Below, one piece after another: positions 46,705-55,716 of a stretch of DNA of 64,000 nt. Under the pieces are notes generated by a model. The model saw only the letters and a list, made by a program, of their open reading frames with translations, did not search any database and was not told the origin of the DNA. Both the position numbers and the translations under genes were made by a program. Origin of the DNA: Clostridia bacterium (GTDB taxonomy: Bacteria > Bacillota > Clostridia > Oscillospirales > CAG-272); assembly GCA_017466375.1 (NCBI GenBank), contig JAFTUH010000044.1, positions 13,972-77,971 on the forward strand. The letters run 5' to 3'. Numbering within the stretch: position 1 is the first letter of the stretch; each line of letters starts with the position of its first letter.

Positions 46705-47214
46705 ATGAAAAAACACATCGCAAACATCATCACGGGCTCGCGCATTGTATTCAGTTTGTCGCTCTTGTTCAAACCACTGTCATCGGCATGGTTTTACGTG
46801 CTCTATCTGCTTTGCGGACTCAGTGATATGATAGACGGCACTGTGGCAAGAAGGACAAGCAGCGCAAGTGAATTCGGAGCAAGACTTGATACGGTTTCGG
46901 ATTTCGTATTTATGACCGTGGCTTTGATCAAATTCCTGCCGCATCTTCATATCCCCGTGTGGCTATGGATATGGATCGGTATTATCGCCATGATCAAGCT
47001 TGGAAACGTGGTTTGGGGATTCGTTCGCACGAAAAAACTCATATCCCATCATACCGTTCTGAATAAGATAACGGGACTGTTGCTGTTCCTTCTGCCTGTG
47101 ACGATAAGCTTTGTTGACTTGACCTACACCTTACCCATCGTATGCACCATTGCAACGGTCGCGGCGATTCATGAGGTATATGATACATATTCGGAGAAAA
47201 AATATGATACTTGA
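46705..47214 (+). CDS. CDP-alcohol phosphatidyltransferase family
   Basis: ANIITGSR, DMIDGTVARR...FGARLDTVSD. Confidence 0.85.
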   Translation: MKKHIANIITGSRIVFSLSLLFKPLSSAWFYVLYLLCGLSDMIDGTVARRTSSASEFGARLDTVSDFVFMTVALIKFLPHLHIPVWLWIWIGIIAMIKLGNVVWGFVRTKKLISHHTVLNKITGLLLFLLPVTISFVDLTYTLPIVCTIATVAAIHEVYDTYSEKKYDT

Positions 47215-47770
47215 AACAGACCGCTTGATCCTCCGTCCGTTCACTGAGAACGATGCGGCGGACGCATTTGAATATTTACACGAGCCGATGGTACATTGCT
47301 TCGCTTGCATGAAAACCGAAACAATAGAAGATGTAAGAAAGGCTGTGCTTGACAGAGCCAAGGACGGCGAGTTTTACTTTGCCATCACGCTCAAGGAAAA
47401 CGGCAAGGTCATCGGCGAGATCGATGCCATGCCTGAAGCGACTGCTCCCGACGAAGAAAATGCCGCAAGGGATACCTTCAGCCCTTGTTGGATGCTGAAT
47501 CCCGAATACCATGGCAAGGGCTATGCCTACGAGGCGGCTCACGCCTTCTTCGATTATCTCTTTGGCGAGAAGGGCGCACGTCGCATTTACGCCTATACCG
47601 AGGACTACAACATAGCAAGTCAGAAGCTCTGCGAAAAGCTCGGTATGCGCCGCGAGGGGCTGTTTGTGGAGTTCGTGAGCTTTGTGAAGGACGAGAACGG
47701 CAATCCCATATATGAGAATACGTATCAGTATGCGATATTGAAAAAGGAATGGGAACAGAACGGCAAATAA
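47204..47770 (+). CDS. GNAT (RimJ/RimL-type) acetyltransferase
   Basis: ILETDRLILRPF, YHGKGYAYEA, NIASQKLCEKLGMRREG. Confidence 0.9.
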   Translation: MILETDRLILRPFTENDAADAFEYLHEPMVHCFACMKTETIEDVRKAVLDRAKDGEFYFAITLKENGKVIGEIDAMPEATAPDEENAARDTFSPCWMLNPEYHGKGYAYEAAHAFFDYLFGEKGARRIYAYTEDYNIASQKLCEKLGMRREGLFVEFVSFVKDENGNPIYENTYQYAILKKEWEQNGK

Positions 47771-47782
47771 GAATTTGACGAG

Positions 47783-48193
47783 GTGACTATGAATATTACT
47801 CCTACCGAAAACGAAATCAAATATATACGAGAAGAGCTCAATCAATTCAATAATGAGAGAGTCGGCGAGGATGGTCATACACCTCTAAACATCGTGGAAT
47901 ATGACACCAACGGCAATATTATTGGTGGTATTCTCGGTGGCACTTATTGGGGGTGGATGTATGTAGATATTCTTTGGGTACACGAAAACCACCGCTATAA
48001 AGGCATTGGATCAAAGCTCTTGCGTGAAGCTGAAAAAGAAGCTGTTCGCAGAGGTTGCCATCACGTTCATCTTGATACAATGAGTTGGCAAGCTCCCGAA
48101 TTTTATCAAAAGCACGGGTATGAAGTGATTGGCATTCTTCCCGATATTCCGAATGGCAATCAAAAATATCTGCTTATGAAAGCATTAAGATAA
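47783..48193 (+). CDS. GNAT acetyltransferase
   Basis: LWVHENHRYKGIGSKLL, DTMSWQAPEFYQKHGY. Confidence 0.9.
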   Translation: MTMNITPTENEIKYIREELNQFNNERVGEDGHTPLNIVEYDTNGNIIGGILGGTYWGWMYVDILWVHENHRYKGIGSKLLREAEKEAVRRGCHHVHLDTMSWQAPEFYQKHGYEVIGILPDIPNGNQKYLLMKALR

Positions 48194-48237
48194 ACAATCA
48201 AATTCCAATTTGTAGGTGTAATACGGTTAAAGAACTA

Positions 48238-48648
48238 ATGCACGACCCTATCTTCCTTGCAGGGAAGTCGGAGGTCGCAACAAAAGAAGATTTGCAGGTT
48301 GCACAGGACTTGCTGGATACGCTGATGGCGCACAGAGAAAGCTGTGTAGGTATGGCAGCGAATATGATTGGTGTGCGCAAGCGCATTATCGCTTTTCTTG
48401 ACGAGAGCGGACGAGCTCCTACGTACACGGTTATGCTCAATCCCGAGATCACCAAGAAGGATGGTGCATACGATACCGAGGAAGGATGTCTGTCGCTTCT
48501 CGGCGGACCACGTAAGTGTAAGCGATATAAGACAATCAAGGTGCAGTATCAGACCTTGGAAATGCAGACCCGCACGAAAAACTTCACCGGTTGGACGGCT
48601 CAGATCATTCAGCATGAGGTGGATCATTGTAATGGGATATTAATTTAA
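48238..48648 (+). CDS. def: Peptide deformylase-like protein
   Basis: GMAANMIG, EGCLS, QHEVDHCNG. Confidence 0.85.
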   Translation: MHDPIFLAGKSEVATKEDLQVAQDLLDTLMAHRESCVGMAANMIGVRKRIIAFLDESGRAPTYTVMLNPEITKKDGAYDTEEGCLSLLGGPRKCKRYKTIKVQYQTLEMQTRTKNFTGWTAQIIQHEVDHCNGILI

Positions 48649-48669
48649 ACCGACCACGAAGGTTGAAAT

Positions 48670-49578
48670 ATGATGGAGGTAAAATTTATGACAATTGTTG
48701 AAAGAAGAAAAAATAATATTGAGATTTTCAAAAATACGATGGAGCTGTGCCATACTCATCCGAAATTACGCGGAGGCATAAAAAACTCCATAGAAGAACA
48801 GGTTGTTCTTGATGAGAAAGCACCGTATTGGTTTGATGAGAAATTGTTGGTATCCTATGAAGAGAAGGCAAAAATAGTTGTCAGTGAGAAACGTTCATTT
48901 GAAGCGGCACGTGAGTATGCTCGAGTTGGTAAGAAAGTCTGTGTTCTCAATTTTGCGGATTGGACAACACCTGGAGGTTGGGTACTTAAAGGAGCATCGG
49001 CGCAGGAAGAGAGCCTTTGCCGTTGTTCTACTTTGTATCCTTGTATTAGCGATCCAAATGTTGAGAATTTCTATGCAAGTCACAAGGCAGAAAAAAAGAA
49101 GAATCCTATGCACATACTTCATAACGATGATTTGATTTATACGCCAAATGTGACGGTATTTAAATCGGACACGGACATGCCCGAAATTCTTCCAGAGGAA
49201 GAGTGGTACCAAGTAGATGTTATTAGTTGTGCAGCCCCACGCCTTCGGTTACGCTCTGCTGACCAGAAAAAACTGGGATTAACTAGTGATGTTCTTGAGA
49301 TTGAAGAAGAAGAACTTCGTAGAATATTAGATTCTCGTATTCGCAGGATAATTGAATCCGCTCGATATTGCTCTGGCGGTAGCATTGAAGTACTGATCCT
49401 CGGTGGCTTTGGGTGTGGAGCATTTCGAAATCCCCCAGAGTTTGTTGCGCAAACCTTTAATAAGGTCATAAATGATTTTATTTATGACTTCGAGATAATT
49501 GAGTTCCCTATATTTCATAAAAACAAAGAAGTTGCCAACTACGAAGCTTTTTGCAAATATATTACTTCCGAACAGTGA
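48670..49578 (+). CDS. TIGR02452 / microbial-type PARG (macrodomain) protein
   Basis: VLNFA...PGG..LKGASAQEESLCRCSTLY, IYTPNVTVFK, VDVISCAAP, ILGGFGCGAFRNPP. Confidence 0.85.
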   Translation: MMEVKFMTIVERRKNNIEIFKNTMELCHTHPKLRGGIKNSIEEQVVLDEKAPYWFDEKLLVSYEEKAKIVVSEKRSFEAAREYARVGKKVCVLNFADWTTPGGWVLKGASAQEESLCRCSTLYPCISDPNVENFYASHKAEKKKNPMHILHNDDLIYTPNVTVFKSDTDMPEILPEEEWYQVDVISCAAPRLRLRSADQKKLGLTSDVLEIEEEELRRILDSRIRRIIESARYCSGGSIEVLILGGFGCGAFRNPPEFVAQTFNKVINDFIYDFEIIEFPIFHKNKEVANYEAFCKYITSEQ

Positions 49579-49671
49579 CACGAAGGCAAAAAGAAAACCA
49601 CACAGCTAATATAAATGATGCTGTGTGGTTTTCTGTATCATTTCTCGGTATTGGGCAGGATTATATATGTA

Positions 49672-50046
49672 TCAACCCCTGGAACGATAGCATAACCGCC
49701 ACAGGTTCCGTGTATTTGACCGGCATCGTCGATGTGAGTAACTCCACCCTCTCGAGCAGTGTATTGAGGTTCGCCTTCTATCGTGAGAAAGGACCTCGAT
49801 AGCGATCCGCGCACCAAGCCGAAAGGCATAGACGAAAATCTCCCTCTCATTGATGTCGGTTAGCTCATTATAGCAGTCGTCGAACTTTTCGAGAATCTCC
49901 TTTTGCTTGTCCGTCAGCTCCTTCAAAAGCGTATCGTGATGATCTGCTACGTAGCCCATCAGCTCCTTCGTTTCTTTGTCCGCGCTCCTACAAACCGTGT
50001 TCGGGCATACGTTGCCGTAGAATAGTTCTTCAAGTATTGATCTCAT
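49672..50046 (-). CDS. DUF6809-like small protein
   Basis: MRSILEELFYGNV...FVYAFRLGARIAIEVL; the C-terminal tail looks like read-through. Confidence 0.65.
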   Translation of the reverse strand: MRSILEELFYGNVCPNTVCRSADKETKELMGYVADHHDTLLKELTDKQKEILEKFDDCYNELTDINEREIFVYAFRLGARIAIEVLSHDRRRTSIHCSRGWSYSHRRCRSNTRNLWRLCYRSRG

Positions 50047-50132
50047 AATTATCCTCCTGGGTGGTGATTAGGATAATTATATCGTATGTACACACGTTCG
50101 TGAATGGGGTGGAGGGATTGTTTGCGGAAAGG

Positions 50133-50161
50133 TTGCGATTAATCGAATTTTGTGGTATAAT
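50133..50161 (+). promoter_or_regulatory. Sigma-A promoter of the two-gene AT-rich module
   Basis: TTGCGA-N17-TATAAT with extended TG. Confidence 0.6.
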
Positions 50162-50245
50162 GGTAGTAATAGATAAATCTTGTACCTTAGAAAAAACTAC
50201 TACTCGGTGTATAGGAATGCTGTATAAGATAAGGAGAAATAAAAA

Positions 50246-51934
50246 ATGTTGGAGCTGAATAATTCTATCTTTTACAAAGTTAAATTTGATATTACGGCTA
50301 ACCAGAACGAGGTGGATTTGATATGGAAAGTGATTTATCACATTAAGTCTTGGCTGACTCGAAAGTGGAACAAGGGGAAAACAATTCTTACAACTCAAAA
50401 CGCAACTTGGAGTTATTTGAAAAGAGGAGGAACTATTAGTTCTACAGACAAGAAAAGCGTTTACATTGAGTCGGAAGCCTTCGAAGAATCGGAAAATATG
50501 CAATATTGGGCGTGTCGTATTTTTGAGAGAAAGGCACCGAGAACTGATTTTGCACCTCGGGAATGGATTACCGAAATTGGTGTTAAGCCTGTGTCGAAAG
50601 GAAAAATTGAGTTTTCCTGCGTAATTTCTTATATTGACAGACCAGGCTTTATTGGAAAATGCGAGGATGAGCCATATCCAAATGTTCCCAATTTGATAAA
50701 AAACCTTCTTCAAGATAAAGGTTGTGTATGTGAAATTGGGTGTGATCTCATTACAACAGAACCACAGGCTTTAAAAGCAGGAGAATGGATTGGTTTTTGG
50801 GAACGCGTGACAAAGATAGACAGACAAATTCCATATATTTTCATAGCAACCAAAAGCAGTGTGGATGAGGAAAATTACAAATACCCTGTCGATCCTAAAC
50901 AACTGGCTATTGCGGCCGGGGGTAATGCTAGAGTTTTTTACGCGGAAGACCAGGGAGTAATGGACGAGATGGATTATTTTTGTCCCAATGAATATAAATG
51001 CTATAACGGCTCAATAAGAATTTATTTTCCCAAAATTGACACAACAGATCCACTGGATATCTATAGACATAGATATTTAACTTCAAACACAATTCTTCAA
51101 CTTGGCCAAGAAGAAATTGTTCAAATGATTCGCCGTGCGCTAGCACAAGACATTCATTTTTATGAAACCTTTTTTAGACTCAAAGATTGTCGGGCAAAGC
51201 AAGAGAATTTTCAACGCCAACTTCGTTTGGAAGCGTTGAAAACAAAGCATCAAGAAGAAACCTTGAGAATTTCGCAGCAAAAGGATCAAGAAGCCCAAGA
51301 TTGGTGTAACATGGCCTTGTTGGAAGAAGAAAAAAGGCTACACGTGGAAGATGATTTAGAGCAAATAAAGGCAGAATTGCAAGCCCTTAAGGAAGAAAAA
51401 TTCATTTTAAATGCAAAAATCGACACCTATAGAGGGTTGGCTGAAAAAAATGCCTCATTGGAGCGTGCATGCAATAATCGCCTAAACACCAAAACATACC
51501 CATCTTCTCCTATGGATGTTATCAATTACTTTGATGCTTCTTTTGCGGATTGTATTGCTTTTTCTGAGGATGTATATAAAAGTCTTAAGAATTGTACTAT
51601 TTCCCTTGCCGATTTGTGGAGCGCTCTCTATTGTTTGGCTACAACTATGCGCGAGTTGTATCTGTCTGCCGGAGGGGATATTTACAAAGAGTTTACAAAA
51701 AGGACAGGCATTGATGTTGGGCGTGGTGAAGGTGCTAATACCCATCAAAACAAAAAAATGATGGACCAGTATTCAACTGAATATCATGGTTATCAAATTG
51801 ATATAGAGCCCCATATTAAATTCTCTCGGAATCATCAACGAATTCATTTTGGTTTTTGTCAAGAAGATCAAAAAGTTATTGTAGGATGGTGTGGAGAACA
51901 TAAGGATAACGCCACCACTCATAAGGTGAAATAA
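50246..51934 (+). CDS. Uncharacterised 562-aa protein: N-terminal domains, coiled coil, RelE-like C-terminal domain
   Basis: AAGGAG RBS; AT-rich; heptad-rich segment at about aa 320-410; C-terminal PHIKF...RIHFGF...KVIVGWCGEH. Confidence 0.8.
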   Translation: MLELNNSIFYKVKFDITANQNEVDLIWKVIYHIKSWLTRKWNKGKTILTTQNATWSYLKRGGTISSTDKKSVYIESEAFEESENMQYWACRIFERKAPRTDFAPREWITEIGVKPVSKGKIEFSCVISYIDRPGFIGKCEDEPYPNVPNLIKNLLQDKGCVCEIGCDLITTEPQALKAGEWIGFWERVTKIDRQIPYIFIATKSSVDEENYKYPVDPKQLAIAAGGNARVFYAEDQGVMDEMDYFCPNEYKCYNGSIRIYFPKIDTTDPLDIYRHRYLTSNTILQLGQEEIVQMIRRALAQDIHFYETFFRLKDCRAKQENFQRQLRLEALKTKHQEETLRISQQKDQEAQDWCNMALLEEEKRLHVEDDLEQIKAELQALKEEKFILNAKIDTYRGLAEKNASLERACNNRLNTKTYPSSPMDVINYFDASFADCIAFSEDVYKSLKNCTISLADLWSALYCLATTMRELYLSAGGDIYKEFTKRTGIDVGRGEGANTHQNKKMMDQYSTEYHGYQIDIEPHIKFSRNHQRIHFGFCQEDQKVIVGWCGEHKDNATTHKVK

Positions 51935-51936
51935 GT

Positions 51937-52641
51937 GTGAAAATGAAACCTGAAATTGAAGAGAAGATTTCAAATAACAACAAAAAAATTTCTGATTTGC
52001 TTCGAGAAAATGAAAAACTTTTGCGACAAGAAGGATATAATCCCCCCGCCCATAATTTTGTTTTACCGCCGGAAAAACGCATTTCCTTTCCCTCTGGTTA
52101 TATTCGAACCGTGGCTCAATTTAATGAGAAATACCACTTGAGAGAAATTTTCCCTCGCCGCTATTCAAGGCACAATGTTACATACGCGCTAGAAGTATCG
52201 GATTTGATTAATTTCGTATTTAATCGCATACACATATGGGGGCCTGTTGAAACAGTTTTTTATAAATTGGCAATAGTTAATCTAGTCTCTATTATAGAAG
52301 CTATTGTCTTAGAAGCGGCAAACAATATTTGTCCATATGCCAAAACATGCAAAAAAACAAAATCATGTTTAAAGCATTTTAACAAAGATGAGAGATCAAA
52401 TGCAAGATTAGCCTTGAAAAAACTCGTTCTACTTAATGTGTTGGATTTTAATCAAGAAAAACTCTCACGTGTTCAAGAAATTATTGATTTACGAAATCGC
52501 ATCCATATTCGTCTTGCGCCGGGGAATGAACTACTGCTGGATAATTTCACTCGCCAATTTTGTAATGAAGTGATCATGTTTTTACAAGACATAGACGAGC
52601 AAATATATTCTAAAGGCACTTCATTATACGGATGTTCATAA
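51937..52641 (+). CDS. Uncharacterised HEPN-like protein
   Basis: Helical SIIEAIVLE and LRNRIH (R...H) motifs; Cys cluster CPYAKTCKKTKSCLKH; starts 2 bp after the previous gene. Confidence 0.7.
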   Translation: MKMKPEIEEKISNNNKKISDLLRENEKLLRQEGYNPPAHNFVLPPEKRISFPSGYIRTVAQFNEKYHLREIFPRRYSRHNVTYALEVSDLINFVFNRIHIWGPVETVFYKLAIVNLVSIIEAIVLEAANNICPYAKTCKKTKSCLKHFNKDERSNARLALKKLVLLNVLDFNQEKLSRVQEIIDLRNRIHIRLAPGNELLLDNFTRQFCNEVIMFLQDIDEQIYSKGTSLYGCS

Positions 52642-52704
52642 CACTTTGGTTGCTTTGTGTTCTTTTACCATTATTCCCCCGAAAACAAGGGTGTTACACA
52701 ATTT

Positions 52705-52750
52705 TGCGTAGCAAATTGCGTAACACATCTCTCAAAAACTGCGTAACAAA
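52705..52750. repeat. Putative integrase arm-type sites (right)
   Basis: TGCGTAGCAAA (52705), TGCGTAACA (52717), TGCGTAACAAA (52740). Confidence 0.65.
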
Positions 52751-52794
52751 CAAAAAATAAAGCCTTGAAAACTCAACGTTTTCAAGGCTTTATT

Positions 52795-52870
52795 TGGTCT
52801 GAGTGACTGGACTTGAACCAGCGGCCTCTACCACCCCAAGGTAGCGCGCTACCAACTGCGCCACACCCAG
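52795..52870 (-). tRNA. tRNA-Pro(GGG), right copy
   Basis: Identical to 35687-35762; promoter TTGACG-N17-TATAAT at 52919-52891. Confidence 0.95.
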
Positions 52871-53044
52871 ATTGTCCTTGCGACCCGTATATTATAACAC
52901 ACAAAATCCCCTTCGTCAAGAGGATTTTCATTTTTCATGCAAAAAATGTTTTTTATCGCGTACATACTTTTCTTCAGAGACGGACATACTGTTTTTTGAA
53001 GCCGATCCGGTTTCGCAAATCTGATATATCGGAGAGTATGAATC

Positions 53045-53233
53045 ATGGAAAACAAATCTGCCAACTACTGTATCGCCTGCACCGTTACTTCCTGCCAGAA
53101 TCACGTAAAGACCTCCAACTACTGCGCGCTGGATAAGATCCAGGTCGGCACGCACGAGAGCAATCCGAGCATGTGCCAGTGCGTAGACTGCGAATCCTTC
53201 GTTGCCGAGAAAAAGGATACCGCCAAGGCTTAA
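53045..53233 (+). CDS. DUF1540-like small Cys-rich protein
   Basis: CIACTVTSCQNH...CALDKIQVG...DCESF; RBS and terminator (53245-53278). Confidence 0.8.
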   Translation: MENKSANYCIACTVTSCQNHVKTSNYCALDKIQVGTHESNPSMCQCVDCESFVAEKKDTAKA

Positions 53234-53285
53234 CGAGCCAAAGCAAAAAACCGGGAAGCGTACCGCTTTCCGGTTTTTATATAGA

Positions 53286-54281
53286 TCATTTTTCCTCCCA
53301 ATGCGGGAAGAGGGACAAAAAGCGGATATTCTCCTGTTTTGCGGAAAACTCGCGGTCGTTCAGATACGCAAGCGGACCGCTGGGAACGGTAAAGCGAACA
53401 CGGCAGGAATACAGCGCCTGATGCTGCCAGCCGAGATCGCGGTCGCGGCGGTTGACGCCGTACTTCCCCTCCCCAAGCAGCGGATGTCCGACAGATGCCA
53501 TATGCGCACGAATCTGGTGGGTACGTCCTGTAAACAGGCGCACCTCAAGAAGCGACAGATCGTGCTCCGCATTGACAGCGAGGACGCGGTATCCCGTGCG
53601 AATCTCCTTGGAGCCGCGCGTCGGATGCGTCGTGACCGTCACCGTTTTCGTCTTCGTGTTCTTGAAAAGATAGCCGTCGAGGATCTCTTCCCTTTTCGGC
53701 ATCCTGCCGTGCACGGCGCAGAAATACGTTTTGTGTACGTTTCCCTCTCGGATCTGCTCATTCATCTCGCGAAGTGCCTCCGCAGTCTTCGCCGCAATCA
53801 CAATACCGCCCGTATTGCGATCGATACGGTTGCAGAGCGCCGGGGCGAAAGAATGCTCCTTTTGGGGATCGTACTCCCCTTTCTGGTACAGATATGCGAG
53901 AATATGAAAAATCAGAGTTTCGCGCTGAGCGATTTCCTTTGAGCCCGCCTCATCTGTATCCCCCGCGTGGGCAAGGACGCCGGCACGCTTATCGCAGAGA
54001 AGAATATTCTCATCCTCGTAAATGATGTCAAGTTTCACACGCACGCGGGCAAATTCGTTCTCCGCGGTATTCTCTTCAAAAAACTCCTCGGGAATGTACA
54101 TCGTGACGACGTCCCCGAGCTCGAGCATCTGCTTTTGCTCGGCACGCTTGCCGTTCACCTTGATCCGCTTGGTGCGGATGTACTTATACATAAGCGAAAC
54201 AGGCAGACCGCGGACAGATTTGCTGATGAACTTGTCCAGTCTTTGTCCGCTGTCGTTCTTTTCGATCCGGAATTCTCGCAT
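53286..54281 (-). CDS. RluA-family pseudouridine synthase with S4 domain
   Basis: GQRLDKF, CNRIDRNTGG, TGRTHQIRAH. Confidence 0.95.
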   Translation of the reverse strand: MREFRIEKNDSGQRLDKFISKSVRGLPVSLMYKYIRTKRIKVNGKRAEQKQMLELGDVVTMYIPEEFFEENTAENEFARVRVKLDIIYEDENILLCDKRAGVLAHAGDTDEAGSKEIAQRETLIFHILAYLYQKGEYDPQKEHSFAPALCNRIDRNTGGIVIAAKTAEALREMNEQIREGNVHKTYFCAVHGRMPKREEILDGYLFKNTKTKTVTVTTHPTRGSKEIRTGYRVLAVNAEHDLSLLEVRLFTGRTHQIRAHMASVGHPLLGEGKYGVNRRDRDLGWQHQALYSCRVRFTVPSGPLAYLNDREFSAKQENIRFLSLFPHWEEK

Positions 54282-54287
54282 GAAAAA

Positions 54288-54983
<696 letters not shown>

Positions 54984-55067
54984 TTACTGTATTTATTATA
55001 CTCTCTCTGATTCGTTTTTTCAAGGGAATTTCCGATTCTTTCCGACAGTTTTCAATAGTACCGCAAA

Positions 55068-55502
55068 TTAAAAATCACTTTTACAATTATTGCAATGCCA
55101 CTGCTTTGTGGTTTTGCCGAGAGCAAATATACCCCACATAGCAACACTACCCGCTTTTGACATGGACGAAATCTTTTTCGTATTTGTTGATTTGCAATAG
55201 GGGCAAATTATAGTAGGTTTTGAACGGAGGTTGTGGGTATTAGGTTTCACCCTATTATTAAAAACATTGTTACTGCAATTGGTGCAGATTATAAAATCAA
55301 AATCCGTTTCCTTCATAATAAAAGATTTGTCGCAACCGCATTTTTCGCAAGGAATATCTGCAATTTCAATATTTCCCATGCCATATTTCTTTCTAATATA
55401 TATGGCTCTTTCGATAGCTGGTTGTGGTTCGTTGCAATGAGGGCATATAGAGAGGTCTGGTTCGATTATAGAATTACACTTTTTGCATTTATGTTTTCTC
55501 AT
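55068..55502 (-). CDS. AT-rich multi-zinc-ribbon protein
   Basis: CKKC, CPHC, CEKC, CTNC, CPYC, CNNC; GGAGG RBS; own TTGACA/TATAAC promoter. Confidence 0.7.
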   Translation of the reverse strand: MRKHKCKKCNSIIEPDLSICPHCNEPQPAIERAIYIRKKYGMGNIEIADIPCEKCGCDKSFIMKETDFDFIICTNCSNNVFNNRVKPNTHNLRSKPTIICPYCKSTNTKKISSMSKAGSVAMWGIFALGKTTKQWHCNNCKSDF

Positions 55503-55716
55503 ATAAATATCCTCCATGGTTTTTATGGCTATGTTATAACATACATGCTTTCGATTGTCAAGTAGTTTTTCGTATTTATTATCACCCTGTTTTAATAGCA
55601 ATTAAGACTTCTGGGATTACAGGGTTCAACTTTTATCTTCATACAGCACACACTGTCTTTACTTTTCCCCCGTTATGTGATACAATATGCGGTAGAACAA
55701 AAACACGGAGGATGTT

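Larger units (their letters stand above)
35686..52896. mobile_element. ~17 kb genomic island in tRNA-Pro(GGG), no integrase visible
   Basis: 103-bp identical direct repeats (35686-35788, 52794-52896), triple TGCGTA(A/G)CA repeats inside both ends, AT-rich termini, many pseudogenes. Confidence 0.8.

Noticed and set aside
35686-52896. Prophage or ICE
   Set aside because: No structural, replication, conjugation or integrase genes were recognised.
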